Both the position numbers and the translations under genes were made by a program. 50,576 nucleotides of DNA from Phoronis australis. Taxonomy: Eukaryota; Animalia; Phoronida. Location of the stretch: the NCBI GenBank assembly GCA_002633005.1, contig NMRA01000185.1:1-50576 (forward strand), in the 5' to 3' direction. This document shows, piece by piece, positions 34,901 to 46,311 of the stretch. How positions within the stretch are numbered: the first letter of the stretch is position 1; each line of letters begins with the position of its first letter. The notes under the pieces are model-generated. The model worked only from the letters and a program-made list of their open reading frames with translations, had not been told where the DNA came from and made no database searches.

Positions 34901-37900
34901 GGGGGGGCGGCCCCCTGGGCCCCCCCTGAATTCGCCTATGTCTTCATGCACGCGACTTACCAGGAGGGAGACATAGGGCGACACAATCTGGCCGACACGT
35001 GAGCACGTGGAGCTGACGCCCAGGCCAACGTTACGATAACTGGTCGGGTAGAGTTCAGGAGTGTACACAAACACCATTGCGAAGACAGATGAGACGGCGA
35101 ATTTTCCGATCATAGAGAATATAGTCACAAGCCAACCATAACCTGCAGATTCACACACAAACAGACAAACAGACGGTTAATTGTGCCGTAGGTATGTATT
35201 CTTGTCAAAACAATTTTAAGTAGCTTTGAGTCAATCAGCTGACAAAGTAATTACTGAAATGATTCTCCGCTGTTAAGCTGTCTTAACTGAAGCGCTTTGG
35301 GATTTTAATTGTGGTGATGTTGTAAAAACATTACCACGTTTATCCGGTCCTGGACTGTTACCGAATGAGCCACTCAAGTCACTGGCTGTGTGTGCATGGT
35401 CATTTTCGAATTTTAGGAAAGGACAACCACTAAAGCGTTTTCTTGAGTCACCAGTGGCTTCGTTGTTTTTGTTTAGAAATTGTAGCGACTTTGTATAATA
35501 ATTGATTGTGATTAATTTATTGACTCTGGACACACTCTTCAGTTTGAACACTGTTTTTCCAAAGGCAAACGACGAACATATATGTACCAGCCTCCCATTC
35601 AGTAACGCTAGGACCTCGCTAAAAAGTGAGACTTCGCGAGATTACGAGAGATGTTGCGGTGTATTTCAAATGAGAGCACGTGACGTTGGCTAGATTTTAG
35701 CTAGGTCCTAGCAAAGGTCCTAGCGTAACTGAAAGCACGCCTGGTATGAGCCGGACGTTGTTAAGATAACATACCATAAAATCACTAAGGAATAAGTTCA
35801 GGTCACATTGATGGAGAACAGCACGGGCACATGAAAATTAACGATAGACCTGCCTCCCGTTCAGTAACGCAAGGACTTATGCTAGGACCTAGGTAAAACC
35901 TAGCCAGTCACGTGTTCTTATTTACAGTGCACGGCAATATCTCACATATAATCTCGCGAAGTCTTGCTTTTAAGCGAGGTCCTAGCGTTTCTGAACAGGA
36001 GGCACTATTGTAGGCTCAGGTGATACCTACCTTCTGGTATGGCCACAGATATACACAAAGCTGCCACACCAATCATAAAGGCCGAGAACACGGACCATCT
36101 CCGACCCAGACGACTCCGTAAAGTAAACCACGTGACTAAATAGGCAGGCAATTCTACGGCACCAGAAATGGCCACGTTGATGTAAAGGTCTCCGCTTAGA
36201 TTCGATGTGTTGTATGATATTCCATAAAACAAGACATTTGTGTTAAACCTGAAATTACACAAACATCCATGTATCGTGTCCATATAAAGATAAACTTGAA
36301 GTAATGATATTTAAATAAGAGGGGTTGTATATCAAAAACGACTGCACTTGATTCACTCAACTGCTTCAGCAAGATCAACCGAAGACATCGGATTGGTTTG
36401 TAAGCCAGAAATCCTCATCCAGAACCAAACAGATGTCTTAGCCAGTTGACCCGGCTGAAGCGGCAGAGTAAGTATTAGGGTACAAATTTGTGCTTACAGA
36501 AAGCTACCACGGACAGCTTTCAGTGAAATCAGTTTTGTTTACTCGACATTTTCCTTCTATTCTGTGAACTAGAAAACATGAGAGCATTGGCCCATTACTG
36601 GCTACGTATCGTTTTTTACCGCGTATACCGCATACCGGGATTTTCCGTAGATAAGCCCATGGGCGTGTATTCCGCGGAAAATGAAAATTTGCAGGCGTCA
36701 AATAAACCGCCCGGCCGTTTATTCGGAAAAGGAGGGTCTGTAAACGGAAGTTCTTAGTTTGCTGACTTTGACATTTTTATTAGAAACTGTGTTTTTCAAT
36801 TTTACGTTACTAAGGGCATAATTCGTCAACCCCTTGTTCGCTTTTATATGTAAATGCTACATAAAACTAAATTTTTGACAAAAAGTTGACTGGGAGTGGG
36901 CTTTTAAGAGGACATTTTCCGAACAAACGTCCCACTATCTGAACACTCGACACCAGAAGTTGTAACACCAAATAAAGGCCCATGGGCGTTTATTTGGCAT
37001 AATTTTCCGAATTAACGCCTATGTACGTTTCATCGGGTGGACTTATCTATGGAAAACCCTGGTACCGAAAAGCAAGTGGCGAGCCGATTTTTTAAAACAT
37101 CCTGAATATTATTTCCTCGAGTGGTCCTGGTTTATAGTTTTAGGCTGAGTTTACCATTGTCTATGACCAGATAATTTCACGCTTCGTTACGGCGTTTTCC
37201 CGTTGCTCCCAACTTGTTCGATTCTATAGCCCAACGACATGTTGGGAAGATCACCCCTGTAGCCAATATCTTACACGACTGAGTAACTCCATTCTGGCAT
37301 TTAGGTTCGGAGGACCGGCTCTCTTTTGTTCGATAATTGCTCTAATCTCCGAACAGATTGTATCTAGCCTGACTGGGCTGTGCTACTAAAAATGAAAGTT
37401 AAGTTACAACATCTTTGAACTTACATAAACCAATAGCATTTCTGATTTCCTTGTCAAATGCTGACAAAGGAGCCATATGTTATCGCACGTTCAGAACCCC
37501 TCACGTCTGGAAAAGTCACTGAACGACAGAACGCCGCCATGTATTGTGTGTATCCGCCCTGGACACAGGAGGATTTGTAGCCTATGTTCTGTGATGTTGC
37601 ATGAAACCGCAATGGTGCAAAATGGATTAGCGACAATTTGTAGAGGGGTCATAAATTCAGTAGCCACGTGCAAATTCCTTTACTTGCACTCGTTGGTTCC
37701 CTGCGTGCCGCTAAGAGGTCGGTAGCCAGCATGCAAGTATCACTTCCTCGGGAATTTTTTTTATACCGGCGTTTCTGATTGTCTGGTCAAATCCTCAACA
37801 GGCAGCGCTTTATGGAAACAAACTGGCATGACTGATGGACTGAAGTGTAAATGTGGTCTGTTTTACAGACAAATCGGTGCTTCACATTTATGTTCAAGAA

Positions 37901-40900
37901 ATCTGAATCCCAGAAATTGTGGCTGCGCCTTTTCGGAGTGCATCTTTTCGCTACTGTCGACGACTTTTGTTTACGATGCTGTCCTGTATTCGTACAGTAT
38001 GCCACAACACCGCACCTGTTAAATCGGTCAGAAATGTTTATTGTACATGTATGTTCTTCAAGCACGCGGCTATTGAACATTATTGCAGAAATGAAATAGT
38101 TGCTGCTACGCCACTTGCATGACGAGGCTAAAAATCGTTCATAGTCCGCAATTTTTCACGTTGTTGTAAAGCTAACCAATGACTGCCGACGTTACACCAA
38201 CCAATGTTAAAGCGCGTGCTACTGCGTGATACCTGCGTGCTGGCTAGGCACGAGGGGAACCAGCGAGTTCTTTGCACAGATATCATTGGTATAAACAAAG
38301 CAGTCATTCCAAACCATTGCTTCGTATACATCACACTCTACTAGGCACACGTTGAATCATAACCGGAAGCTTTAGGCCTAAACAAAAGGCGTGCGTTCAG
38401 TAGACGCTCGGACCTACGCTAGGATCTAGCTAAAATCTAGTCAAGGTCACGTGTTCTCATTAAAAATACACGACAACATCTCACGTAATCTCGCGAAGTC
38501 TTGCTTTTTAGCGAGGTCCTAGCGTTACTGAACGGGAGGCAGGTAACCGTCTGAGTTCCAATACCTTTTCCGAAGCAGATGATGGTATTGGGAGATCTCT
38601 GAGAAGTGACCATGCATTTCAACTTTTATGTTCAAAAACTGAATAACAAGTCCGCCTTTAACGCTTAATATAAACGTTCTTCTAGGCAGCTACCTACAGA
38701 TGCGTTCTGTAGCATATCTTACCACATCAAACAGCTTACAAGTGTAAAAACAACCATGTAGTCGGATTTCGACAGATCCAACAGGGTTACGTCCGCCTGT
38801 CCCTAAAAACAAATACCTTTTGAATCACAAGTCGACTTTCGACAGGGATTGTTTCATGTTTAGTGTCTTAAAGATTATCAACGACCTTAATTTTTATAAT
38901 GAATATTTTGGGAAGTTGCAAATTTATCTCCTATTTCTAATTCACAGAACCCCTAGCATGCGCACACCCAGCCTAAAATATAGGGGGGTTCGAATTTCTC
39001 GGTATGGGGAACTTTTAGTGAACAAAATCAACGAGGACTAAAAAAACAGGGCCACTAGGTTCAGGCCTAGGAATTGTGCATTTGCGCCGATTTCCTGTGT
39101 CCTTTGTGGGCTTTTGTGTCGTTTACTTGGACTTTTTTCACTGAGGCGGACCTTCTTGCCCAATTTGCCAAATTGGGGGGCTTGTTTGAGCATGAGTGGT
39201 AGGCCTATCTGGCAATGTACATTTAGACTGTACGTAGCCGCGTGGCAAACGCAAACAATAAATTATTGGTGTAGGCCAGGTTTGGCGGTAGTTTTCAGTG
39301 GCGGATTTAGAGGGGGGCCAAGGGGGCTATGGCCCCCCCTAAAATTCTCCAAGATTCTATTGGGCAGTTCGGGAGTGNCCCCCCTAACTCAACATCCTGG
39401 ATCCGCCCATAGTTTTGACGTATGCAATGCAAGAAGGTTCAATGAATCTCGTTTGCTTTTGTTTGCGAATCAGCAAAGTCCAATAGTTCTACTGTAGATT
39501 TTATGTTCTTCAAAATGGCGGTTCCCTGTAGCAGTGCTGCATTACAGTGCAGCACTTAAACTATTATAAGGAATCTTTTGCAATTTCGGGTAGACCTAAA
39601 AAAAACGATTGGATGGCAGCTCGTTTGTGCCTCATTTGCGGAGTTTGTGTAAATTTACTTTCATAATCCCGCGGGGTTGATTCGTATCGAGCATTAGCAG
39701 AGAAATGTTTGGTTTGAGCTGAAACGTGCCTCTTTTACTTTTTGCTACTTTTTCTGAACCTCAATTCCTTTTCGGTGGAACTGAAGGGACCAAGGATATA
39801 TGACAAAATAAAGTTTCTGAGATCATGTGGCGCAGTGCTTTTGAGGTGAAACCCTTGCCCCGGACATGAATTTCGAAAATCCTCCTGCAGGATTTGCGCT
39901 TGCAAGCTAGGACGCAGAGTGATTCGAATAAGGTGAAGGGGCGTCAGGTCCTTCCGTGTACGTATTCATCTGCGATGAATAATGACAGTAATGTATTTCA
40001 TATGTAATGTTTAACACGTATACGTTAGAGTACACCATGGTTGTTGGAATTTCGTCAGTCGATCTATAAATTACCTTTTCATCGAATGCATGAACCTTCA
40101 TAGTGTCGTCGTCATACGCGACACCATTGGTTCTGGCCATGGCTTTGAGGATATCAGCTGCTTCTCTTGTTCGCTTCTTCCTTAACAACCAACGTGGAGA
40201 CTCAGGGGTCAACCTGAAAAGGGCCATTGGTTGGGAAAAGTGAGTTGCTTTGCATCGTTAGCTCTTTATTTCAAATTGTATGAGTATAAACTTGAACCTG
40301 TCCTCCTTCTTACTTTCTGCTTGAGTTTGAAATCAGAAAATAATTAATTAAGCTTGTCTAACTAGATTCAAATTAGCTTTGCCTCGCTAACATCGGTATC
40401 AATAATCAATTAGAATTGGGATTAAATTTAAAACCGTAGTTTGGAAGGACTGGCCAGCCGAGTAGCAGGAGCCCCGGGCAAAACAGTGCTCAGAGACCCC
40501 TACCAGCTGCTTATAGGAAAAATCGTAAAAATGGGCACTTCAGCCAGAATCACAGTACACCAAAAATAATCAACACAGGCATTAGGTTAATATAATCCGG
40601 AACTGACTTTGAATAAGAATCTTTCGTATTCAAACGCCAATTACTGACCCAGTCTAGTAATAATCTTCATCAGCGACTAAATACTAAATAGCTGGAAACC
40701 TTATTTTTTAACTTCAGGTGTGTACCAAAAAATGTCCGCGAACTTTAACAAACACAATATTCACTTTATAATCTTCCAAAAATTGAAAAAATCTTAAATG
40801 GTAAGTTGAATTTTGAATTGCATGTTTTCCACAAAATGGCAGGTAAAGCACCATTGTTACTGTTTGTAATTTAGAAAGATTGACGGTAAAGACACGTAAC

Positions 40901-42863
40901 TGGAAGATTATACAAAACATGTTCCTGTTTTACTGATATCTTTCGGCTGATGAAACTCGTCCAGCAGTTCTACATTGTTGAAAACAAAGGAAAGAGTATT
41001 CTTTAAGCGCAAATTTTTTTCCATAGACAAAAAGTTGAGCACTCGAAACACATTCCATCGTCGCGACCCTAATGACGTTCACCTTATCGAAGGCCAAAGG
41101 TCACCTACGTCGATTAAAGTGGAACAAAACACGTTTGCCATGGAATATTCTGATAGCGTTTCATATCGTCGGGCACAATTGTGAACCGCAGTTCTCGTAT
41201 CGCCAGGATTATGAGTGACGGCTTAGCTGACCAATCAGAACGCAGCATTCTTGACACACTTTCATTTCCAAGCCGCCATTTTACCCGACAAACAACACGT
41301 TGCCGGGTAAAACTTGGTGTTTTTTGTAGACATTGCGCAAGGGGGCGGAATTTGTGATTGGTCAATTGTAAGTGCACGAAGGCTGAGGTTCACATGTTTA
41401 ATCAGTTTCACCCTATGCTACATGAAACAGCAAACAAAAAGCTTTATCTGGCAAAACCAGGCGTGCGTTCAGTAGACGCTAGGACCTATGCTAGGACCTA
41501 GCTAAAACCTAGTCAAAGTCACGTGCTCTCATTTAAAATGCACGGCAATATCTCACGTAATCTCGCGAAGTCTTGCTTTTTAGCGAGGTCCTAGCGTTAC
41601 TGAACAGGAGGCAGGTTTAGTAAAAAAACAGCATTTGGCTCTCGGACTAAGACCACAGAACTCTAGCCAACTTCGATCTCGCGTTGCTGAGGATGCGCTG
41701 GGCATGCGTAGATTTTGTTTGTTTCGGTGTTGGTTCTTGCTATGGAATTTACTGTCACTAAAACTTTTCGCAACTCCGTCGTTCTTCAACTGAATTGCAT
41801 AAGAGTTATAATATTAGAAAGCCCTTTATCAGATGGTGTATGGTTACACCAAAAGCAAAAGATAAATAGTTTAATTCATGAATAAATATCATTCCCCATA
41901 CCTGACGGGTTTGAAAAAAACAATTCTTAAAACCAACAGTGTTACCAAAATGCAAAAAATAACTGGCTGTAATAGTAACTTATAAAAGGAAATGAACCAG
42001 TTAGGTTACATAAATGACAAGTTAAACCAGCAGGGAAATTTCAGTGATTCAAAACGCTTCTACCTTATATAGACAAAGATTTTAGAACGTTGATACCTCA
42101 CAGCTGCTTTGAAGAATTTAGTCAGGCATTCATCCAAAAATATACATCTTTACACATTAATTGGACCTTTGGTGCCTCATAATACAGTAAGTCATTCTTC
42201 AATAAAAAATAAAAATCAGGATGCAGTGACATTTACAAAAAATGTGTTAATCTAATTACTCCAACTATCAATTCGAAATTTTCTGATAAAGGGTTTGAAT
42301 TGAAAAGCGGATCTTTCGGATAAATGGCGAGACATCTGGGTCTAAGCCAAAAGACAAGGTTGAAACGTTCGGCATAACACACAAAAACGTTCTGGCAGCG
42401 TTTTTCCCGGAATGGGAGACGTAACACCCAAAAGTGTCCGATGGCGTTTCTTTAGTCAAATGGGAAATTGGGGTGCCGCAATATCCCATGCAATGTCCCG
42501 TTTTTTAGTCAAATGAGAAAATGTGGCTATGTCGCGTGAGAAATTACAACAGCATAACTATATAATAATTTGTCCATTTCGCCGTGTGTCAATTTCATGA
42601 CACGATGGCGGTAAACGTTCAAAAAGTGTGTCGGTCCGTCAATTAGCAAGCATACTGTGCGCAGTCAGCAATACAGGATTCTTTTACAAGGTGGACTTTT
42701 CATTTTTTAAATTTGATTTCACGGCTAGGTAAATACTACAGATAACAGTTGTACTGCTCAGAAATTCATTTAACGAAATCGGTACCTGGGCAATTAACAA
42801 GCAAAAACTGCACAAACGGATTATTATAGAAGCAATAGAAAGGAGAAGTAATATATACATGCC

Positions 42864-42923
<60 letters not shown>

Positions 42924-45900
42924 ACACACAAATGCGCGCGCTGGCGCACACGCACGCACGTAATTAGTAGGTAATAAACTTTTTATCTCAGAAACCAAAT
43001 GTTTCTTTTCTCCGTAAAGTACTGTAACATGACTTTAAAAAACAAAAATGTCTTGTTGGAAAACTGCTGGCATGTAGTTTGATAAGCTGTCGAAAGTGGC
43101 TCTGAAACAAGAGCTGAAAAGATATCAGACGTCAGACTGTTCCCGGCATCCGTCACAGGTCGGTGAGTATAAAGACCAGTCTAATTGTCGGGTTTATAGA
43201 CAAATTTTGGCGATAAATAGAACCGTGCCTTAGGAGCCTAGCTTGATGAACAAAGATGACAAAATGAAAATGAAGCTATGAAATTAGGCTTGATTTGATA
43301 ACTACATAACTCGAGCAAAACAGTCGACCCGACAGCCGGAAATTCACACTGCAAACTCTCGCGGTTAGTCTCGGTGTCACATTGGTAATGTGCGGGAATT
43401 GACATCCCACGGGTGAGACCTGGCTTGTATTGCAAGTCAGCGGAACTATTCATTTCTTTACTTCCAGGTAAAAATAAATCGCCGCTACCGATGCCACAAT
43501 CTGCTTTGAATTTGCTAATATCAACTGAAATCAATTATTCCTACTTACAACGCTAAAATCTACTGCTGAACGAGTACAAATTGGTAAGCAATAAATTTTT
43601 TCGAAGAGACCCCTAGAGTCATAATGTGGGATCAACATTACTTTGGGAAAATAGACGATTCCACGGAGAGTCTTTCGAAGGTCCCCAGTACTCAATTAGA
43701 AGCCGTAATCGTGGCCTTACAAGCATCATAAAAATACATTTAATAAATTATGCAGTGAGCTACTTCAAACATTTTAAATGAAGTAAAGCCATAGGGGATC
43801 TTGTGTCAGAAAGGCGCGCCTCTGCTTTGGGTGGTCCTGAGTCACATACACCTTAGTTAGCTTATAAGCCTAGTAAACCCTGCTTTTTGTTTTTACAAGG
43901 TAAGGTTATATTCCCGACGCTAACATGCACGACTTTCTGGCAAGTCTCAACGCATGTGCATCGCCATAAGGTCGCTAAGCTCGTGAGGCAAGTAGATCTA
44001 CCTCCGCCGTGGGCCCATGCGTTAAAGCATCCCTGTTGATCGGCACCGCGATTTTCAATTGCGTTTTTCACTCGAAAATGTTCAATTTGTTCTTTGTGTC
44101 AACGGAAATAAAATCCTGGATGCACATCACTACGAGGGACATAGTCCAGCTTTTGACAATAATCTTCAACTAAGAATTCCGCACACTAAGTTATTTTTGC
44201 TTTGACCACTTTTTTATACTCAAGTCAACTTTTATACGACGGCATTTTACAGCTCCCTTTTCAGAGTTCGCACGTGCAATGTCCTTGTAGAAACCTAGCG
44301 TTGTCAAGGAACATTGATCCTCTGTTTTTCGCTGGCATCATTATCCGCAGCCTCCGTGGCCTAAAGGACAAGGCACCGGCCTCCTAATGAGAATACAGGC
44401 AAATGAGACAGCCGGGGATTGCGGGTTCGAGTCCCGTCGGAGGTGTATGTACAGTTTTTTACGCTATAAGCACTTATAAAAATAGTGGCATGTGGTTGAA
44501 AGACCTTAAAAGTGCCTCTACAAAGGTGACGAATAATGTTTTTGTACTGCCCTACGTCACCTAAGCTGAACATAGGCTTCGCAATGGCATGGACTAGCCA
44601 GGTCGTGCTTAATGAAGAAGGGATTCATTAGAATTAGGTCCCTATATATTTAGTGGGTTAAAGTTTTTGTTTGTCTGTCTTTGTAAAAGAGGCCCCAATG
44701 AACGTAAAGAAATGTTCAATTATCTAATTTAGGCCCTAACATCCCTCTCAACGTCCAAAAATTGTGGTATTTTCCTTTGGCTTACCAAATGCATAATCCA
44801 ATAAAAATCCCTAGAGGGCAGAAGAGAATAAGCTGCAGAGCCTTCCAGTCCCTCACGAAGTAGGCTATTCCGTCGAGGAGCAGGAAACCGACGCACCAAT
44901 ACACGTTGGCGATTGAACCGGCAAATACCCTCCACGAGACGCCAACTAGCTCCAGACCTGGATTACGACAGAACATTTTATTTTTGAGATGCACAAACAT
45001 TTTTGGATTGTCCAATTTTTTTAGGGCATGAAGCTTTCAGTGAGTGAGTGTTGTGCTTAATGTGTTTTGCCTAAGAAATTAAAGGAGCGCGATTTGTTTC
45101 GTAGTTGGTCTAACAGAGATGTCGCAACTTTAAAAATATGCAATCTTTACAATCGACAAAGTGGAAAAAGGGTAAGTGAGGGAAACGCAAATGATCCTTG
45201 CGATGTCGAAACCGCTTACCTAATATAAAAGCACTCTGCAGAGCTCCCATTGTCCCAGCGTTAATCACTACCACGCAGATGGAGTAAACTATGACATTTG
45301 GAGAGAAAGTGCCGAGGATACCGACAACGAAGGCCATCGACGACGCGATGATGAGAGAACGCTTCCTTCCCATTCTGAAAATCGACCATAACTACTTTAG
45401 CGAAGACAGGAAGTGTGAATGAGTGACGTGTAGAAGTGAATATCTAGGAGAGGACTCAAATTAAGGTTAAACTAAATGTTCTATGTTCTGTCGATTTTGA
45501 CAGCTATTAAGTTCTAAGTGAGATACCCTCGTGGTCAGTTATTCACCCCTGTTAAACAATAGTGGCTAAAACTAAATTTCGTTACGGCATCACGTGACCA
45601 TCGTGTGTTACCTACAAAACAAGTAAGATTTTGTTATCAAGTTCACAAAGAAATTACTACTTTTCTAATTCTCAACGCAAAATATTTAAATTACGAAAAT
45701 ATTACTACTAACGTCATCATACACAATAAATGTGTTTAATATAAAATAAAATGTTTACTAACAGGCACGTGAGAGAAATCTGAAACATTTGAAGAATGCC
45801 TCAGGCTTACTGTCACTAAAAATGCGCGGCTTAGTCAGTTGAAGAGAAAACAAGAAACTAGGGCAAAATGTATTTACAACTCCTTTGACTTACTTGTCAG

Positions 45901-45997
45901 AGAGGACACCAAACACTAAGGCACCACTCATTTTGCCAAGGCCAACACACGCCCCAGTAGTTGTAGCTATCCACTCATATGCACACACAAGTTTCCA
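31819..45997 (-). CDS. SLC22 family organic ion transporter (Orct-like, MFS), 3' nine exons; 5' exon(s) not found in the window
   Basis: complement join(45997-45894,45374-45220,44957-44786,40213-40075,38802-38723,36248-36031,35142-34961,34300-34137,31918-31819), all GT-AG and in phase. SLC22 motifs: WxLVC, LSDKMGRK, ELVG, PESPRWL, GRR, ELYPTxxRNxGLG, LLPETK..PLPDT. Confidence 0.93.
32545..32852. mobile_element. Possible TTAA-flanked MITE (Kolobok-like)
   Basis: TTAA-AGTGATACTAAACACGG ... CAGGGTTTAGTATTGT-TTAA imperfect inverted ends. Confidence 0.35.
32975..33263. mobile_element. Degenerate TACCGTA...TACGGTA-type element; related fragment at about 50220-50417
   Basis: Repeated TCTATTAG motifs; GTGTACCTTGACCCC shared with 50369-50385. 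Confidence 0.45.
34137..34300 (-). CDS. SLC22 exon (TM12, LLPETKKVPLPDT)
   Basis: 164 nt; ttcttacag| acceptor, |GTATGT donor. Confidence 0.9.
34961..35142 (-). CDS. SLC22 exon (GKF...ELYPTSYRNVGLG...SRVG)
   Basis: 182 nt; ctgcag| acceptor, |GTAAGT donor. Confidence 0.92.
35588..35744 (-). mobile_element. ~155-bp MITE family A, copy 1 (reverse orientation)
   Basis: TIR-like GCCTCCCRTTCAGTAACGCTAGGACCT; homologous to 35849, 38388 and 41457. Confidence 0.8.
35849..36004 (+). mobile_element. MITE family A, copy 2
   Basis: Same TIRs and internal TAATCTCGCGAAGTCTTGCTTTT. Confidence 0.8.
36031..36248 (-). CDS. SLC22 exon (FYGIS...VELPAY...LGRR)
   Basis: 218 nt; aatttcag| acceptor, |GTAGGT donor. 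Confidence 0.9.
36633..37064. mobile_element. TA-flanked MITE (Tc1/mariner-pogo-like)
   Basis: TACCGGGATTTTCCGTAGATAAGCCCA / TGGACTTATCTATGGAAAACCCTGGTA inverted termini. Confidence 0.6.
37689..38267 (+). mobile_element. ~580-bp non-autonomous TIR element, family B, copy 1
   Basis: Ends CTCGTTGGTTCCCTGCGTGCC / GGCACGAGGGGAACCAGCGAG; internal region is the reverse complement of 48982-49568. Confidence 0.75.
38388..38543 (+). mobile_element. MITE family A, copy 3
   Basis: Same TIRs and internal sequence. Confidence 0.8.
38723..38802 (-). CDS. SLC22 exon (GQADVTLLDL...CLMW)
   Basis: 80 nt; gtttttag| acceptor, |GTAAGA donor; phase 0-2 links the flanking exons. Confidence 0.85.
39297..39411. 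mobile_element. Short G/C-run MITE (CAGTGGCGGATT...GGATCCGCC); relatives at 24445-24722, 31960-32116 and 34888-34940
   Basis: Short TIRs GGCGGAT/ATCCGCC with G-run/C-run subterminal palindromes; contains n at 39378. Confidence 0.55.
40075..40213 (-). CDS. SLC22 exon (PESPRWL)
   Basis: 139 nt; ttttcag| acceptor, |GTAATT donor. Confidence 0.9.
41457..41615 (+). mobile_element. MITE family A, copy 4
   Basis: Same TIRs and internal sequence. Confidence 0.8.
42866..42930. repeat. (CA)n microsatellite
   Basis: Direct inspection. Confidence 0.95.
44350..44445 (+). tRNA. tRNA-Arg-CCT: tRNA-Arg, anticodon CCT, with a 23-nt intron (44387-44409)
   Basis: Full cloverleaf: acceptor GCCTCCG/CGGAGGT, D stem GCCT/AGGC, anticodon stem CCGGC/GCCGG with CCT at 44383-44385, T arm GCGGG-TTCGAGT-CCCGT; 73 nt after intron removal; intron at the canonical 37/38 position. 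Confidence 0.9.
44455..44460 (+). terminator. RNA polymerase III terminator (T6) of the tRNA
   Basis: TTTTTT 10 nt downstream of the discriminator base. Confidence 0.75.
44786..44957 (-). CDS. SLC22 exon (LELVG...RDWKALQL)
   Basis: 172 nt; aatccag| acceptor, |GTAAGC donor. Confidence 0.9.
45220..45374 (-). CDS. SLC22 exon (MGRKRSL...AFIL)
   Basis: 155 nt; ttttcag| acceptor, |GTAAGC donor. Confidence 0.9.
45894..45997 (-). CDS. SLC22 exon (WKLVC...LSDK)
   Basis: 104 nt; ttcccag| acceptor, |GTAAGT donor. Confidence 0.9.
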
Positions 45998-46067
45998 CTG
46001 GGAACGAGAATGAAACAGGATTGCTGCATGAATTATTATTGTGATGAGCTTATGGTATGGGGTTAAG

Positions 46068-46311
46068 CATGTGCGCCACCCAGCCTTAAAAATGGGGGGC
46101 TCGAATTTTTGAGAATGTGGACCTTTTACTGAAAAAAAAACAAAAAAAAAATAAAACGGGGTACGTTCAGAGCTATGAATTGTGCATTCGCCGAATTTGG
46201 TAGTTCCCGCCTTTTTAGTGGACTTTTGTCTCGTTTTCTACTTTTTCGGACTTTTTGTTTCTCTGAGGTGGACCTTTTTGCCCTCTTCGTCCCCCCATGG
46301 GTGCAGGCATG
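46068..46311 (+). mobile_element. MITE-like family C copy
   Basis: CATG...CATG termini; homologous to 16507-16761. Confidence 0.7.

Noticed and set aside
44350-44445. tRNA-derived SINE head
   Set aside because: All four stems are intact, the insertion is at the canonical intron site, and a T6 terminator follows directly with no SINE body.
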